64,000 nt of DNA from Lama glama (Eukaryota). The notes beneath the pieces are model-generated. The model did not search any database and was not told where the DNA came from. It saw only the letters and a program-made list of their open reading frames with translations. The DNA is taken from NCBI GenBank assembly GCA_028534125.1, contig CM052817.1, positions 44,208,001 through 44,272,000 of the forward strand. The letters are read 5' to 3'. Positions within the stretch are counted from its first letter, which is position 1; each line of letters starts with the position of its first letter. Of the stretch, positions 52,101 through 64,000 are shown piece after piece. Position numbers and translations under genes: made by a program.

Positions 52101-52904
52101 AGGAAACCAAAGCTCAATTAAATGGCAGAGGTATCATTCAAACCAGTTTTGCCAGATTCCAAGTCCACCGCCACGTAGACTTTAAGCTGGACAGCTGACT
52201 CTTTTCAAAGCACACCCACCTCTACACAGAGAATGCTTCCATCCTCAATCTCCTCTGGCATATCCTACCCATCCTTAAAATTCCAGGCAAAAATGCCACC
52301 TTTGTTCATTAAGCCTTCCCTAGTTCCTTGAATTATACACCACTGCTCTCTACTTAACAAACATTTACCGTATTTGGGCCACTCTTAATTTTCTCTGGTC
52401 AGCCTATAAAGACCAGTTGCAGAGAAAAATCAACCAAAGCTCACACAGAAAATACAAAGAAAATGCATCAGAGCTAGAGAAAAAAGACAGGATGCAGTTA
52501 GCAGTCCTGACTGATGAAAGCCACATGGCTGACACACCAGAAATTTCCATCACTTCTTCTCCTTAGCTTCTCAGTGACCACTGAGGCACACACACACGAC
52601 TGCATGGCCAAAAAACTTTCAGCAGTAGGAGACAGAGAAGAATGACTATTTTCTGTCCCCCTACCTACCATGTGCAAGGAACTGGCAAGACATCGTATCA
52701 ACTTAATTATCCCCCCCCCAAAAAAAAGAGAGACGCACCTTTTGGGATGAGAGGATGTCTCCAGATTCATTCCCTCACCCTGTCTAGAGGTGAGGGCTCA
52801 TTGCCTAGGTATTTACGATTAGAATGAAGAGATGGATATCTATTGATTTACTGATGGAACACCATTATCCATTTCTGAGCTTATATGAAGAAATAAAACT
52901 TTTA

Positions 52905-53012
52905 CAGTGGTAGAGCACATGCTTAGCATGCACAAGGTCCTGGGTTCAATCTCCAGTACCTCCATTAACTAAATAAATGAACAACTTAATTACTACCCCC
53001 CCAAATAATAAA
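52905..53012 (+). mobile_element. 5'-truncated tRNA-Ala-derived SINE
   Basis: CAGTGGTAGAGCACATGCTTAGCATGCACAAGGTCCTGGGTTCAATCTCCAGTACCTCC...TAATTACTACCCCCCCAAATAATAAA. Confidence 0.85.
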
Positions 53013-56000
53013 CATTTAAAATTAGTAATATGTTTGCCCTCAGGGAAATTAACATTCATAATTCTAAAGCCTACCCTGAGCTGGTCAGCTCATTCACTTA
53101 GTTGGCAATTTCACTTTTGTTTCACTTAACGTAATATTTACTTAGATTCCTGTTCTGAAGGCATTTTCATTGCACCCACATTCCTTTCCACGCACTCGTC
53201 TGCAGCTCACAAGTTGGGGAAAAAACGTCCAAACCATCAGCCACTGTGGCACCAACACAAAATACCTGCTTTTCAATTTCCTAACAATCCACAAGGTAAT
53301 TATCAATAGCTTACTCAGATCCATGGAAACCATATTCAGATGCCATCTGTTTAGGCAATAATATTTCTAAACGCAACAAATGGCAAAGCATTCTAAAGTC
53401 AAACTTTAATAAAGTCACATATTATTTAATGCCATTTTCTCCCCTGCCAATAAAAATTGGTAGTTGCTTCCTCTTGAGCTTTTCCTATGGTCTAAATTGC
53501 TCTCCCACCAAATATGCTTTCTTTAGGATACCATACTCTTTTCTCTCCAATTCATTCCACAGTGCATTGTGAAGCTGGACTTACATACCTGAAAACAAGT
53601 AACACACACGCATACAGAGCTACTCTGCCCAGCTAAAAATCCTCTAGGGCTTCCCACCATGTGCCAGCTCGGGTCGGCTTTAAATGACAGCAAATACCGT
53701 TTCTCTGGGCTTCGCTCTCTCCTCTGTAACACAGATGAGGGGAGAGGGGTTGTTGAGGAAGGGTACGTGAATACTCTCTAATTCTTCAATTACAGGCTCT
53801 ATTGCTCACGTGGGGTTAAGAGAATAAAAGATGCCAGTGTCTACATTAAAGCAGGTATCAGGCCTCAAATAAAACCTTACCAGAGGTATTCAGTCATCCA
53901 AGCAGAATTATAAAATATGAGGCCAAATGAGAAGACACAACAGAGGAACAGATCCAAATGCAAGTCAAACAGTACGTTATCCTGTCCAAGAAGCACAACT
54001 TGAGTCTAGTTCCTGACACCACAAAGCCAGCCTATTATCTAGCCGAAAGCAAAACAACCAACCAGCCCTCGTGGGCCAAGGTCAACGTGACCCAGCAGGC
54101 TCAGAGTGGCGGGGGGCCACAGTCAGCAGACCATTCCCACACCAGGAGCTCTCGGGATTCTAGCCCCATATTTGGGCTTGGGAGTCTCTGGTTTTCTTTA
54201 ACCTTACAACAAGGAGAGACTCACATTATGTTAACACAAGTACAGGGAGTGAAAAATAACTGTGATGGATATAGTCGTAACTCCTGTATCCAAACAGGTG
54301 TTTTTTTAAGATTGGAAAGATTCAAGAGCCCCAGGCCAAAAAAAAAGCAGGATAAATGAGGAAAAGAACAGATTCATTGTTTCCCCAAATGCTAGAAACC
54401 AGAGCTCTCTTTAAATCCGAGCGCCCATCACATACCCTTATCACACAGAGAGAACAAACACCCGCAGACCCAGCGGCCAGCCCAAGAGACGGAGCACTAT
54501 CACAAGCTCTGAAGCCGGAGTCCGCCATGTGACAGCATCCCTCTCTGTCCCGCCCACCACCAGGGACAAACGCTATTCTGAACTGGCATTAAATCATTTT
54601 CTTGGTTTTATAAAACAGTGTTACCTTATATATCTCTATCAGCACACAGTCACTAAGAGTCCTAACTTCAAAATAACAGAAGTGCCCGCCTCCTTCTCCA
54701 TGCCACTCATCAGGAAATTCAGTGCCCCTCCCTAGAGGGGATGAGTGCGGATGCGGAGCTGGGAGAGTTACTTTAAAGGAATGGATCTCCAAGTGTGGTC
54801 AGAGGTTCCCTGGGGCCTTTCCAGGAAACTTTCGGGGGGGGGGACGGGGGGAGCAAGTTCCTCTTTTCCAGCCACATATCTGTGAGGCTAGATCTTCTTT
54901 ATGCACTTCAACCCACACAACGTATTGCATCAGAGTAAATGAAAAGCGGCTCTGAAGACCCGGCGGTCTTCAATTCAGTCAGACATTAAAAAGAATGACA
55001 AAAATGTGAAATGATGTATCTCATCTCACTCATCTGTTGGCTTGAAAAAGTAGCGTTTCATAAAACTTATGATGCTTATGGTCACAAGTAATAAAATTAC
55101 TGCTATTTAAAATGAATTAAGAAATATTTTTAAAACATGAAAAAATTATAGAATCACAAAACCCCATGGGAACCGCTACAAGGTGTGCTCTGTGTTGGCA
55201 TAAAGTACACAGCTAATAAAAAAGGTCCCCACCTGACACTGTCACAGAGAGCACTCTGGGACAGTAGAGCTTTCAAATGGTGCTCCGTGTTGTCTGTAAG
55301 GCATCAGTTACTCTCTAGTCCCCAGGCGGGAGGAGCACACACTCGAGCGGCACCAACAGTAACCCGAGCTGAGTTATGTAAGCCTTTTACAAGGACTCAC
55401 ATTTTTTACAAAGGATGACTCACCATAAATATCCGACTGCATTGAGAACCCAAGTTAAACTTGATTCATTCCATCTGCAGCTTCAAAACTGTTTTTCTTT
55501 TTTTTTCTTTTTTTCCATCACCAATTAGTCACCGACCAGAGTCCCAAACATGAGATCAGTGATTGGAAAGGGATTTGGGGTTTTCTCCACAGGGCAGTGG
55601 GAAACCACCAGAGAATTTGCAGACGAACTGCTTATCTAGAGCACCTCGGTTCTGTCCTTGAGTTGGTAGGTAGCATGAGCACAAGGCGGAGGATTGGGCT
55701 CCAGTTCTGAATCTGTGGGCCTTAAACAGGTCACTAACTCCCCTGGGTCTTGGCTTCCTTCTCTGTAAAATGAAAAAGCTGGATGAAACAATTTCTTTAA
55801 AAGTCATTCTTGCTCGAACACGCGATGAAAACCCAAGCCACGAAAACCTGACGCGCTGTTCCCTCTGCCTCCACAGCATCTGCTTGGCGGTGTCATCAGT
55901 CCTGTAAACAGTCAACATGTACCACAGTTGCAGGGCAACTTCAAGGAGGAAGAGGGTAACAGGAAGAGGAAGTAAGGAAAGTCCACAAGGACGTCCAGGA

Positions 56001-57169
56001 TGTTTCGGCTGATTTCAGCTGCTAGAGGAAGAACTCACGAACAAACCACCAATCCTAAAGAACCCATTCTTTAGCCGACACGGTCAGTGATCAAAGGAAC
56101 ATAGCCATAGGGAGGAAGGATGACCCAGCGTCACCAGCAGTATTCCTGCGGCTCAAATAAACCCCACTCTTCTAGAATCCACAGAAATGCCTTCATCTAC
56201 AAGGGGAGGTAAAAGCGAAACCAATTCACCGAATCTGTCAGAGATAATATAAGATGTCCATGAAGCACACTGACATAGTCCCAGGACCACCACTCGGGGA
56301 ATCATGACTTACTGCTTTAAACCAATAAGGCAGCCAACATTCACAAGGTACCACTTATCATTACCACTTATCACTTATCAGTAACTATTCTAAGTGCTTG
56401 ATACGCAAGAAAGTTTACATCCTCACAACCCTGTAAGATGTTTTCCTCCTCATTCTCCAGAGGTAGACATTAAGTCACAGAGATACAGAGAAGCTTGCCC
56501 AAGGTCTCAGAGGAAGGAAGTAACAGCACCTGGATTTTTAACCTGTTCTGACACCATGAAATTTTATCAGCGATTCCCTCTCAGCCTTTGTTCCATATAA
56601 ACAGATTTTAGTTTCTGTCCTGTTGGCTTGATAGGTGTCACATGTTCACGGAGGTGGGAGGTCATGTCTGGGACAGCCCGAGGAAACCGGTGCTGGGCAG
56701 GGGACTGGGCCTGCGGGTCAGGAGCCCTGGGGAGCTGGCCAGGCTCTGAGTGTCCCCCTCACACGTGTGTGTCTCATGTACACACGCTGGCCAGGTCCAT
56801 CCAGTCCCCACGCATCACAGCGCCATGTGGGTTTACCTGAGACCCCACTGGGTGAAGGGATGCTGGAGAGATTCCAGAGCTTGGAAGGAGAGAATGACCC
56901 ACGGGTCACCTTGGCAGAAGGCAGCAAAGCCTGCACAGGCAAGCAGTGAGGGGGATTTGATCTTTTTTTAAGGCTTTCAAGTGGTAAAGGCCTTCAGCAA
57001 CTTCTCACTTCCCTTAAGAGCAAGTCACTCAGGCCACGTCAGCAGATGCTTGATAGAGCCTGATTTCACAGCAGAACAGACATCGATGTCGGGGACTCGG
57101 CATTCAGAATCTTCACAAATACTTTTAAAAGAAACAGTATTTTAAAAGATGGGTAACCATTATCTGTGG

Positions 57170-57385
57170 ATGGCTGTGAGGTCAGAAGAAATTGAATTCA
57201 AATCCTCGCACCATTTACTTACTGACTACGTGACTCTGGGCAAGTTCTTTAACCTCTTTGAGCCTGTTTCATCATCTGGAAAATGGCATAATAACAATGC
57301 CCACTCTTCAGTTTGTTTACTGGCTCAATGAGATACTGCATACACAGTGCCTGCTGCACAGTGAGTGTTCAGTACTGTTACTCAT
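57170..57385 (+). mobile_element. MIR SINE
   Basis: TTCAAATCC...CCATTTACT...GTGACTCTGGGCAAGTTCTTTAACCTCT...ATCTGGAAAATGG...CAGTGCCTG. Confidence 0.7.
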
Positions 57386-57869
57386 CACTGTCAACAAGGA
57401 ACTTTCCTTTGATCTATAAACTTGGAAATCCCCCAATTGAAAGGACTGTTAAAATGGGATCTCTCCCCATAGAAACAACACAGTTCGAACTCAGTTAAAG
57501 ACCCAATCGCTGATGCAAGGGCTCCCTTGCTTGTCCTGTGTCTAGCTCAGCATGTATGCAACTGCTAATTACAAGTGAGGTATTAATTATCTCATAAGTT
57601 TTTTCAAATCACAGAGCATTAAATGCCTGTGCCCCTCTGAGAGGGCTGGATTCTTGAGCCCCTTTTCATGTCTTGGGTTCCACACTCTTCCTTTTCTGTC
57701 TCCTCTTTGAGTAGTTTCAAATTTATTAGTTCAGGACATCTCCCACTGGATGAATGGACTGTTTCTTAACAGCTGCTACATTCTTGTCCCCTCTAAACTA
57801 CTGAGCAAAAGACAAAACAGTTGTTAAAAATAATTAAATGAACTTCAGTGAAAAGTGAACTAGACTTCT

Positions 57870-58122
57870 GAAACAAGACATCAAAATGCAAACCCAAAAG
57901 AAGATAATACATTTAAGGCTTCTATATCACAAGACAGCAAAAACAGAAGACACATGGCAGACTGGGAGAAGAATAAGTGGCACATATAAAAAGGATGAAT
58001 GTTGACAAGATAGAGAAAAATAGCCCAATTAGAGGGCAGAGGAGAAGAAAGGCAAGGATGTGAATAGACTACTCACAGAGAAATAAATACAAGTGGCCAA
58101 TAGCCACAGGAAGAGATGTCCC
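57870..58122 (+). mobile_element. Degenerate LINE-1 ORF2-region fragment
   Basis: A-rich, with CAGACTGGGAGAAGA...GGCAAGGATGTGAATAGAC...CAAGTGGCCAATA...AAGAGATG motifs typical of old L1M elements. Confidence 0.6.
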
Positions 58123-61100
58123 ACCGCAGCACACGCATGGCAGCTGGAGATCACAACCACTTAGAGGTTGCTGTTATCCTGTGGAGCCACTGGCCGTCCT
58201 TACTAAGGAATTACTTTAGAGGAGTAATTTATGTCCCATATTTTAAAAGTTTATATACTTTTTTACAGGACCACATGAAGCAGAACACAAAAGAGGCACT
58301 GTGGCAACCACCTGGCACTTCATACCCAGACTCTTCACTAGCTCATTCCAATCTTCTTTTAAGATGAGCAGTGTATTACCACATGGCCCAAAGTTGTGTC
58401 CATTTTAACATGGCTTTCTTTTTCCCAAGTGAATACCACCCTTCTAAGAAGCTCATAAAAGTCTTGGCATGTTCATGTGTTGTGCTGCTCCCAGCCAACA
58501 TTAAAGAATCCTGACAGAAGTTTTTAGCTGAAACAAATACTTCAATATTCTGTTCGAGAACAATGCTTAAAATGATTTAAAATGTAAGAGTAATTAAGTG
58601 TGATCCTTCACCAGCACACTTCTGAGGAGGGTCTTCATGAAGTTGGTGGTGCCATTTTTAATTTAATATTTAAATATAAATGTTGTAAATGATAGGCTTC
58701 GGGGAAAAACTCCCTGTAATTAATACAAAAAATAAAGCGGCATGGAATCGTGTCATAAGCATTGACTGCAAGTTGGTTAAAGAGTAATATTTCCGGCTCT
58801 GCCACTTGTGAGCTGAATGACTTTGGGGCAGGTGAGTTCTAAGTCTCTTTTTCTTTCATTGAAATGTCCAGATGGTATCTAGATCATCAGTTTGTGATAG
58901 TTTCAACAGAGATGATAGGAAACACCTGGTATGTCGTCTTGCCCACTTCAGGTAATTTCACAGCAAACAATATTTCAAATGTTTTTCTCTATCAGTTCCA
59001 TGTCAATGCTGCTAGCCACTTAAGGGCATCTAAGAAACACATGTAGATTTCACATATACACTTTTAACTACTTATTCCTCTGATGAACCCCGTATTCTCA
59101 CTTCCACAAGACAACTATGAATAACCACTTCTCACGCTATTATTTCTAGAACTTTCACCATGAAACATGTTGGCAGCTCTCTGGAAGGTAGTAAGTAATG
59201 AAAGTGACAATACTGAGAGCAGCCCACTAATTTCCACCCAGAATAGCTTCAGGGACCATTGTTATACCTATAATTTCAAATAATTAGGAAAAAATACAAC
59301 CAGGGGAAGCCCTGAATACAGCCTCAAAGAGACCTGTACCATCCACTGCCACTGCCTTGCCCGGTCAGTCTGCAGTCTTTTCTGATGGGCAGGAGTGAAG
59401 TGTATTACGCTTGGTCAACTCCAGATGGTATGGCCTGAGCCACCCGGGGGTGAGAAAATTGGGCTGAGACAAGAAATAGGTGAAATGAAAACAAATCTTC
59501 AGCCCACTGCACGTGTGTTCCCTTCTCAGCCTCCAAAGCTCCCTGCCGTCAGGTGCTCGACCATCAGATAACGATAAGTCAGAATTCCTGGGGGAAACTG
59601 AGCAGTGCATTAAGTTCTGTGTTCCATAACGTCCTTCGAGGATGTTCTGCACAGTAGTTTTTACTGACTGAGTCCTACATCAGGCAGAAACCTGGGCCTG
59701 GTACTGCCAAGTTATTTTTGAAGCATTTATTGAGGAACTCCTTTGTGCCGGGCACTATTCTATGCTGTACTTAAGATAAGAAAGGAGGCATGAAAACTAT
59801 CATGGTACAACAAGATATCTGCTTATTACCGGAGCCTAAGATGGGGGGGACTTCAGAAAACGAGTCCCCCCCCAGTCTGTCTGGGCGAGGGGGAAGCTAA
59901 GAGGCCTGGGGAGTCTTGCAGGACGAGTAGGTGTAGAGGGTAGGCAGAGGCCAGGAGAAAGGCATTTTTGTGATGTGCAAAGACAGGGCAGGGACGTGCA
60001 CAGGACCCTGTAGAGGCTCACAGGAAGGAAAGGCATCCAGTCACGAAGAGTGTACCACTCTGGGGAGGCAAGCCTGCATCCCAGACAGCAGAGCATGGAA
60101 AGGGAGCTTTGCAGATATAAATTAGGACTCAGCCTCTCCAATACCTTTTCCCTTTGGATAACCTTTTACACCAATCCAAGGGCCCTTTATGTCTCCAGTC
60201 GTACACAAGTGTTATGGAATGCTTTTGAAGAGCTGGGTTAAAGCCCTCGGATTTTTAACTCACAGTCAAAAACGGCTGAAGCGTCAGAAGTGAATTTCTA
60301 ACTAATCCTCTGGTTCAGAGTGGTAGGGAGAAGTCTCATTTCCAAGTTGCTGTTTGTGGCGGCTCTTCTGTTGTATTTATTCAGCTGTGGTGCACTCTGA
60401 GCTTTACGAACCATGAAGTTGGTAGAGTTTGGCTTTCTCATATTGATTGGATCTCGGGCGGATTTCTTTAATTTCTCAAGAAAAATGAGCGTGTATACAT
60501 TATTAATTCCCTTGACGCCTAAAATCAAAAGATTTATTCTACTTGTTCGGGGATCTAAAATACGATTCAGAGATCACAGTTATCTCTCAAAGAAAAATTT
60601 CCTTAACGAAATCAGGCTTTTGAGCCAGTTAGGCTTGAACATCCCTGATACTCACTTTTGTAATCTCTGAGATGCTAAAATGCCACTTCTTTTACAAAAG
60701 TTGGTTCGACAAAGCCAATCCTCAGTGCATTCAGTTTAGAAAACTAGCGGAAGAAATGGTCTAAAGGGTTTAACATTGCCTTCTGTGGGCCCACTCGTTC
60801 CCCCACCCACCACCATTACCAAATCAGAATTAGGATTCAATTACAATAACAGGGCGATGTTTCCAAAAGCCTCAGATCCTCAAGATAAATTGTAACATTA
60901 ATATAACTGCGTATCAAACTATTGTACTGCTGACCGAGACTTCCATTCCAACTGGCTTCTGTTGGCCTGAAAACCTAGAAACAAATCCAGCTTCTCCCTT
61001 TGCTGGGTAGTCTTTTCTCCAAGGCAAGGGAGGCTTTTTAAGCCAAACATAACATGTGGAAGAAAGACTGTTCCACATGTGCACACGCAGCTTCCAATGC

Positions 61101-61231
61101 CACATTTCTCAGTAAAAATGCCCCAGCAGAATGGCGTCTCAGTGGAATAATCTGAGAAGGGCTGGATGGTCTGTGACCATGTAAAATGCTAGGGATGTTT
61201 TGAGAGGACAAGAAGATACGATACCCCAGTA

Positions 61232-61416
61232 CAGTTGACCCTTGAACAACGCAGGGGTTAATCCTCGTATAATTTATAGTCGGCCCTCCGCATCAGTGGT
61301 TTCTCTGCATCCTCGGATAACCACAGATGTGCAGCGTGCTAGTATTTACTATCGAAAAATACCCACGTCTAAGTGGACCTGTACAGTTGAAACCCGTGTT
61401 GTTCAAGGGTCAGCTG
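61232..61416. mobile_element. Tigger-family (Tc1/mariner) MITE, MER8-like
   Basis: Terminal inverted repeats CAGTTGACCCTTGAACAAC / GTTGTTCAAGGGTCAGCTG with a TA target duplication on both sides. Confidence 0.88.
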
Positions 61417-64000
61417 TACTTATTATTACCCTTATGCTCGAGGTATCTTGAATCTCATGAAACTGCCATTTTCGTAGTTCAGAAACAGCTGAAACCAACT
61501 ATTTCATATGGCTGAACCCATCACTAGGAAATTCTGCAGAATTAACGGTTATGGCCACATTTTTCTGCTGATGATCTAACTGGTTTTCTGCTTCTTGTGA
61601 ACATTATATTATGAAAGAATAGACTTTGGGGAAGAAAGGTATCAAAACTCATACAAAAACAACCACAGAAATTTTCCCAATAAAAATCTTCTAACAATCA
61701 GAAAGACAAGCTAACTCAACCTCCTCAGAAGGTGTTTTGTTCACTAAACATCTAATTTTTTTGTTTGTTTTCCCAAGACTCTCTAATTGTCACAAACAGT
61801 TCCTGGAAGACACGTTTTCCTACAGGCAGGAAGAAGAGAGGCAAAGATGGGGAGTGCGGGCTTCCTGCTGGACAGGGAAGGGTCAGTGAGGAATGTAAGT
61901 CTCCGCTGAACTCCACAGCCTCGGTTTCCTCATCTCAAAGGTAGGCCCTGGATGAGGTGACCTCTAAAGTCCCTCCTGGGTCGAGCAATAACAGTTTGTT
62001 GGAATTCGATAGCAGAACTTCTTCTACCTACATTCACTTGCATTTTACATTGTCCTACTGCCAAACTCATAAATAATTTCACAGCCTGTAAGGAACAGCC
62101 ATTAACTGTCATTGGACCTTAACCAAAAAGAAAAACCATCCAACTTCCATTCACTAAATATAGCACATCTTTTTGCAGAGGGATATTTGCATTGGGTACC
62201 ACACACTCAAGAATCCCTCCTGCTCTGTCTGCTGTGGGTCCTCGTCACACTGCATTTTGACTTCAGTTCTACTTCTCCCAGTTTGATCAAACCTGTTTAG
62301 AAATATCCTGCTAAGGAAACAATTTAAAAGTTTTAATGCTCCCGCAAACAATCTAGACGCTTTCATATCAGAGTTCAAGTTATTGCTTCTGTTTTAAGAA
62401 CCAGCAAGCATATTTTCCGCAAAAAGTGCTTTAATTGCTCAAATGTTAAAGCATTCTAAAAGGCATACCGAAGCCAAACCAAACACAAAACTTTACTGAT
62501 TTCTTTATTCAAATATAAGAAAAATAAATGAACTATTTCCAATGGAAATCGGATTGCAAATTGGCAGACTTGGCCCACGAACATGTGTCTGTGGCCCACA
62601 TGGTATTTTTAAAATATTTGATTTAGCTGCCAACATTTTCAGATGGGGAAATTTCACTTCAAACTCTATATGTCCGTCTTCTCTTGAAAAACTAAAAATT
62701 GGCACCACTAGCACCCTCATTTCAACAGCCAGAGTCGAGATGTCACGTGCTTTCCCATTTACAGCAGTTTAACTGAAGAATCTGAGCCTTGTCCCTTTTC
62801 GTACTTTTTTCCCCTGAAATAAATGAGCCAAATAATGAAGTTCACCTCGGTCAAAGATGGTCTGATGTACTTCTCTGCCTTATTGTCTTACCGTGGCATA
62901 GATAATTTACTCCAGATCTAAGCTGAGGCCTATCAAAGATTGCTATCAAACCATCGCTCATTAACTATTTTAAAGAGAACATGTAAGGCAGACTTCTATT
63001 TCTTATTAATGTTATGGTTCTATCAAGTTTAGGATTTTTCTAACTAATCAAGTGTAAGATTGCTTAATGGAGATCTAGATTATGTGAATTTATTTTCTTT
63101 TTCAAAATGTGTCACTGCTAGATTTAAATTTAGTCTAAAATAAAAGCTTTCCAAAAATCTATCGATATTAAAAAAAAAAAAAACCTGCTACCGATACTAA
63201 TTTTGTGCCCTCCTTACTGAAAATAGTTGCTATATTTTCCTAATCAGGTCATGGTCATTTCAAAGGCCTTAATAGTTTCTTGTCTCTATCCTGCATGAAA
63301 AGGACAGAGCAACTGACTTGACAAAACATTTCCCTGAATCTTCTTGCACTACCATGGATTCAAATATCTCTTGTTAAGTGGAGATAAGAAGGCTTCTTCC
63401 ATGACAGGATTATTTGCAAAAATGGCATAAATCTTGAGTCGTGGCAACACTTACATGTAGGTTGTGAACCAAGTATTCACGATATCCACAAACCATGGAA
63501 TAAAAGCAAACTTGACTAAGCCACAATGCAGATGGTGAGATTACACCTAGCTCTTCCCTCTCCCCCAGGAATGTGGTTAGCAAAAGACCAAAGGAACATA
63601 AAGGGCAGACTCTACTGGACACTTGACCATAGAAGAGGAACAGCATTGTGCTGCAGCTCCAGGCTTGCAGTTGTTCAGAATGCTGCTGAAATGTTTAATA
63701 GCCCCTTTTCTAATGCATATTATCTTTATCCATCAATAGGACAGCTGAGCCAAAGCCTGGGAGAATTTCTGATGATACAAGATCCTTTTACCATCACAAA
63801 TTCATTCCTCTTAAATCCTGAGATCCTAAGTATAGGGCTCCAAATTTAGAATGCACATATTCTGCACTCTATCATAAGGAAGAAAATCATTATTACCCGC
63901 TAAGTTAAACTACAAAAGCACAGCAACAATGCTTGCCTTCTGTTGGGAAGGAAAAATGCGCTTCTAAATATCACTGATGCAAACACTGTTTCCTTTGATG

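Larger units (their letters stand above)
1..64000 (-). other. SEPTIN11: Septin-11 gene (partial: part of intron 1, exons 2-10, part of 3' UTR)
   Basis: Nine exons join in frame via GT-AG sites. They encode a SEPT6-group septin (P-loop GETGIGKS, G3 DTVG, G4 AKAD, septin unique element, C-terminal coiled coil) ending KDKDKKNASFT, which I recognise as SEPT11. Exon 1 was not found, so 37045-64000 is inferred to be intron 1. Confidence 0.96.

Noticed and set aside
60290..60720. Unfamiliar segment with adjacent ATTGG and GGGCGG motifs and 76-85 aa ORFs
   Set aside because: No recognisable protein or repeat; two short motifs are not enough to call a promoter.
37045..64000. Search for exon 1 (MAVAVGRPS-like) or a nested gene
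   Set aside because: No matching exon or large promoter CpG island found; the short ORFs are at background level.

Overview
Mammalian genomic DNA, probably a camelid judging by the tRNA-Ala-derived SINE and the young L1 3' ends. The whole window lies inside the septin-11 gene (SEPTIN11/SEPT11) on the minus strand. Nine coding exons (2-10) splice together with GT-AG boundaries into one open frame of 1263 nt (420 aa + stop). It runs [15 protein letters not shown]...GETGIGKS...DTVG...AKAD...KDKDKKNASFT*. Exon 1 (about 9 codons) and the promoter lie beyond position 64000, and the 3' UTR runs off position 1. The introns hold ordinary mammalian repeats (L1, L2, MIR, MaLR LTRs, hAT/Tigger elements, lineage SINEs, microsatellites); repeat family names are by eye and their boundaries are approximate. 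No prokaryotic-type system, CRISPR or second gene is evident. The most notable observations are: (1) a stop-free, in-frame 96-nt extension of the last exon that would give SEPT11 a C-terminal transmembrane-like tail; (2) several other candidate alternative terminal exons; (3) a 141-bp, ~94% identical direct duplication bracketing the P-loop exon 3; (4) a reconstituted 5' splice site at the exon 2/3 junction; and (5) a small intronic CpG island next to an L1 fragment with weak-to-strong differences from its sister copies.
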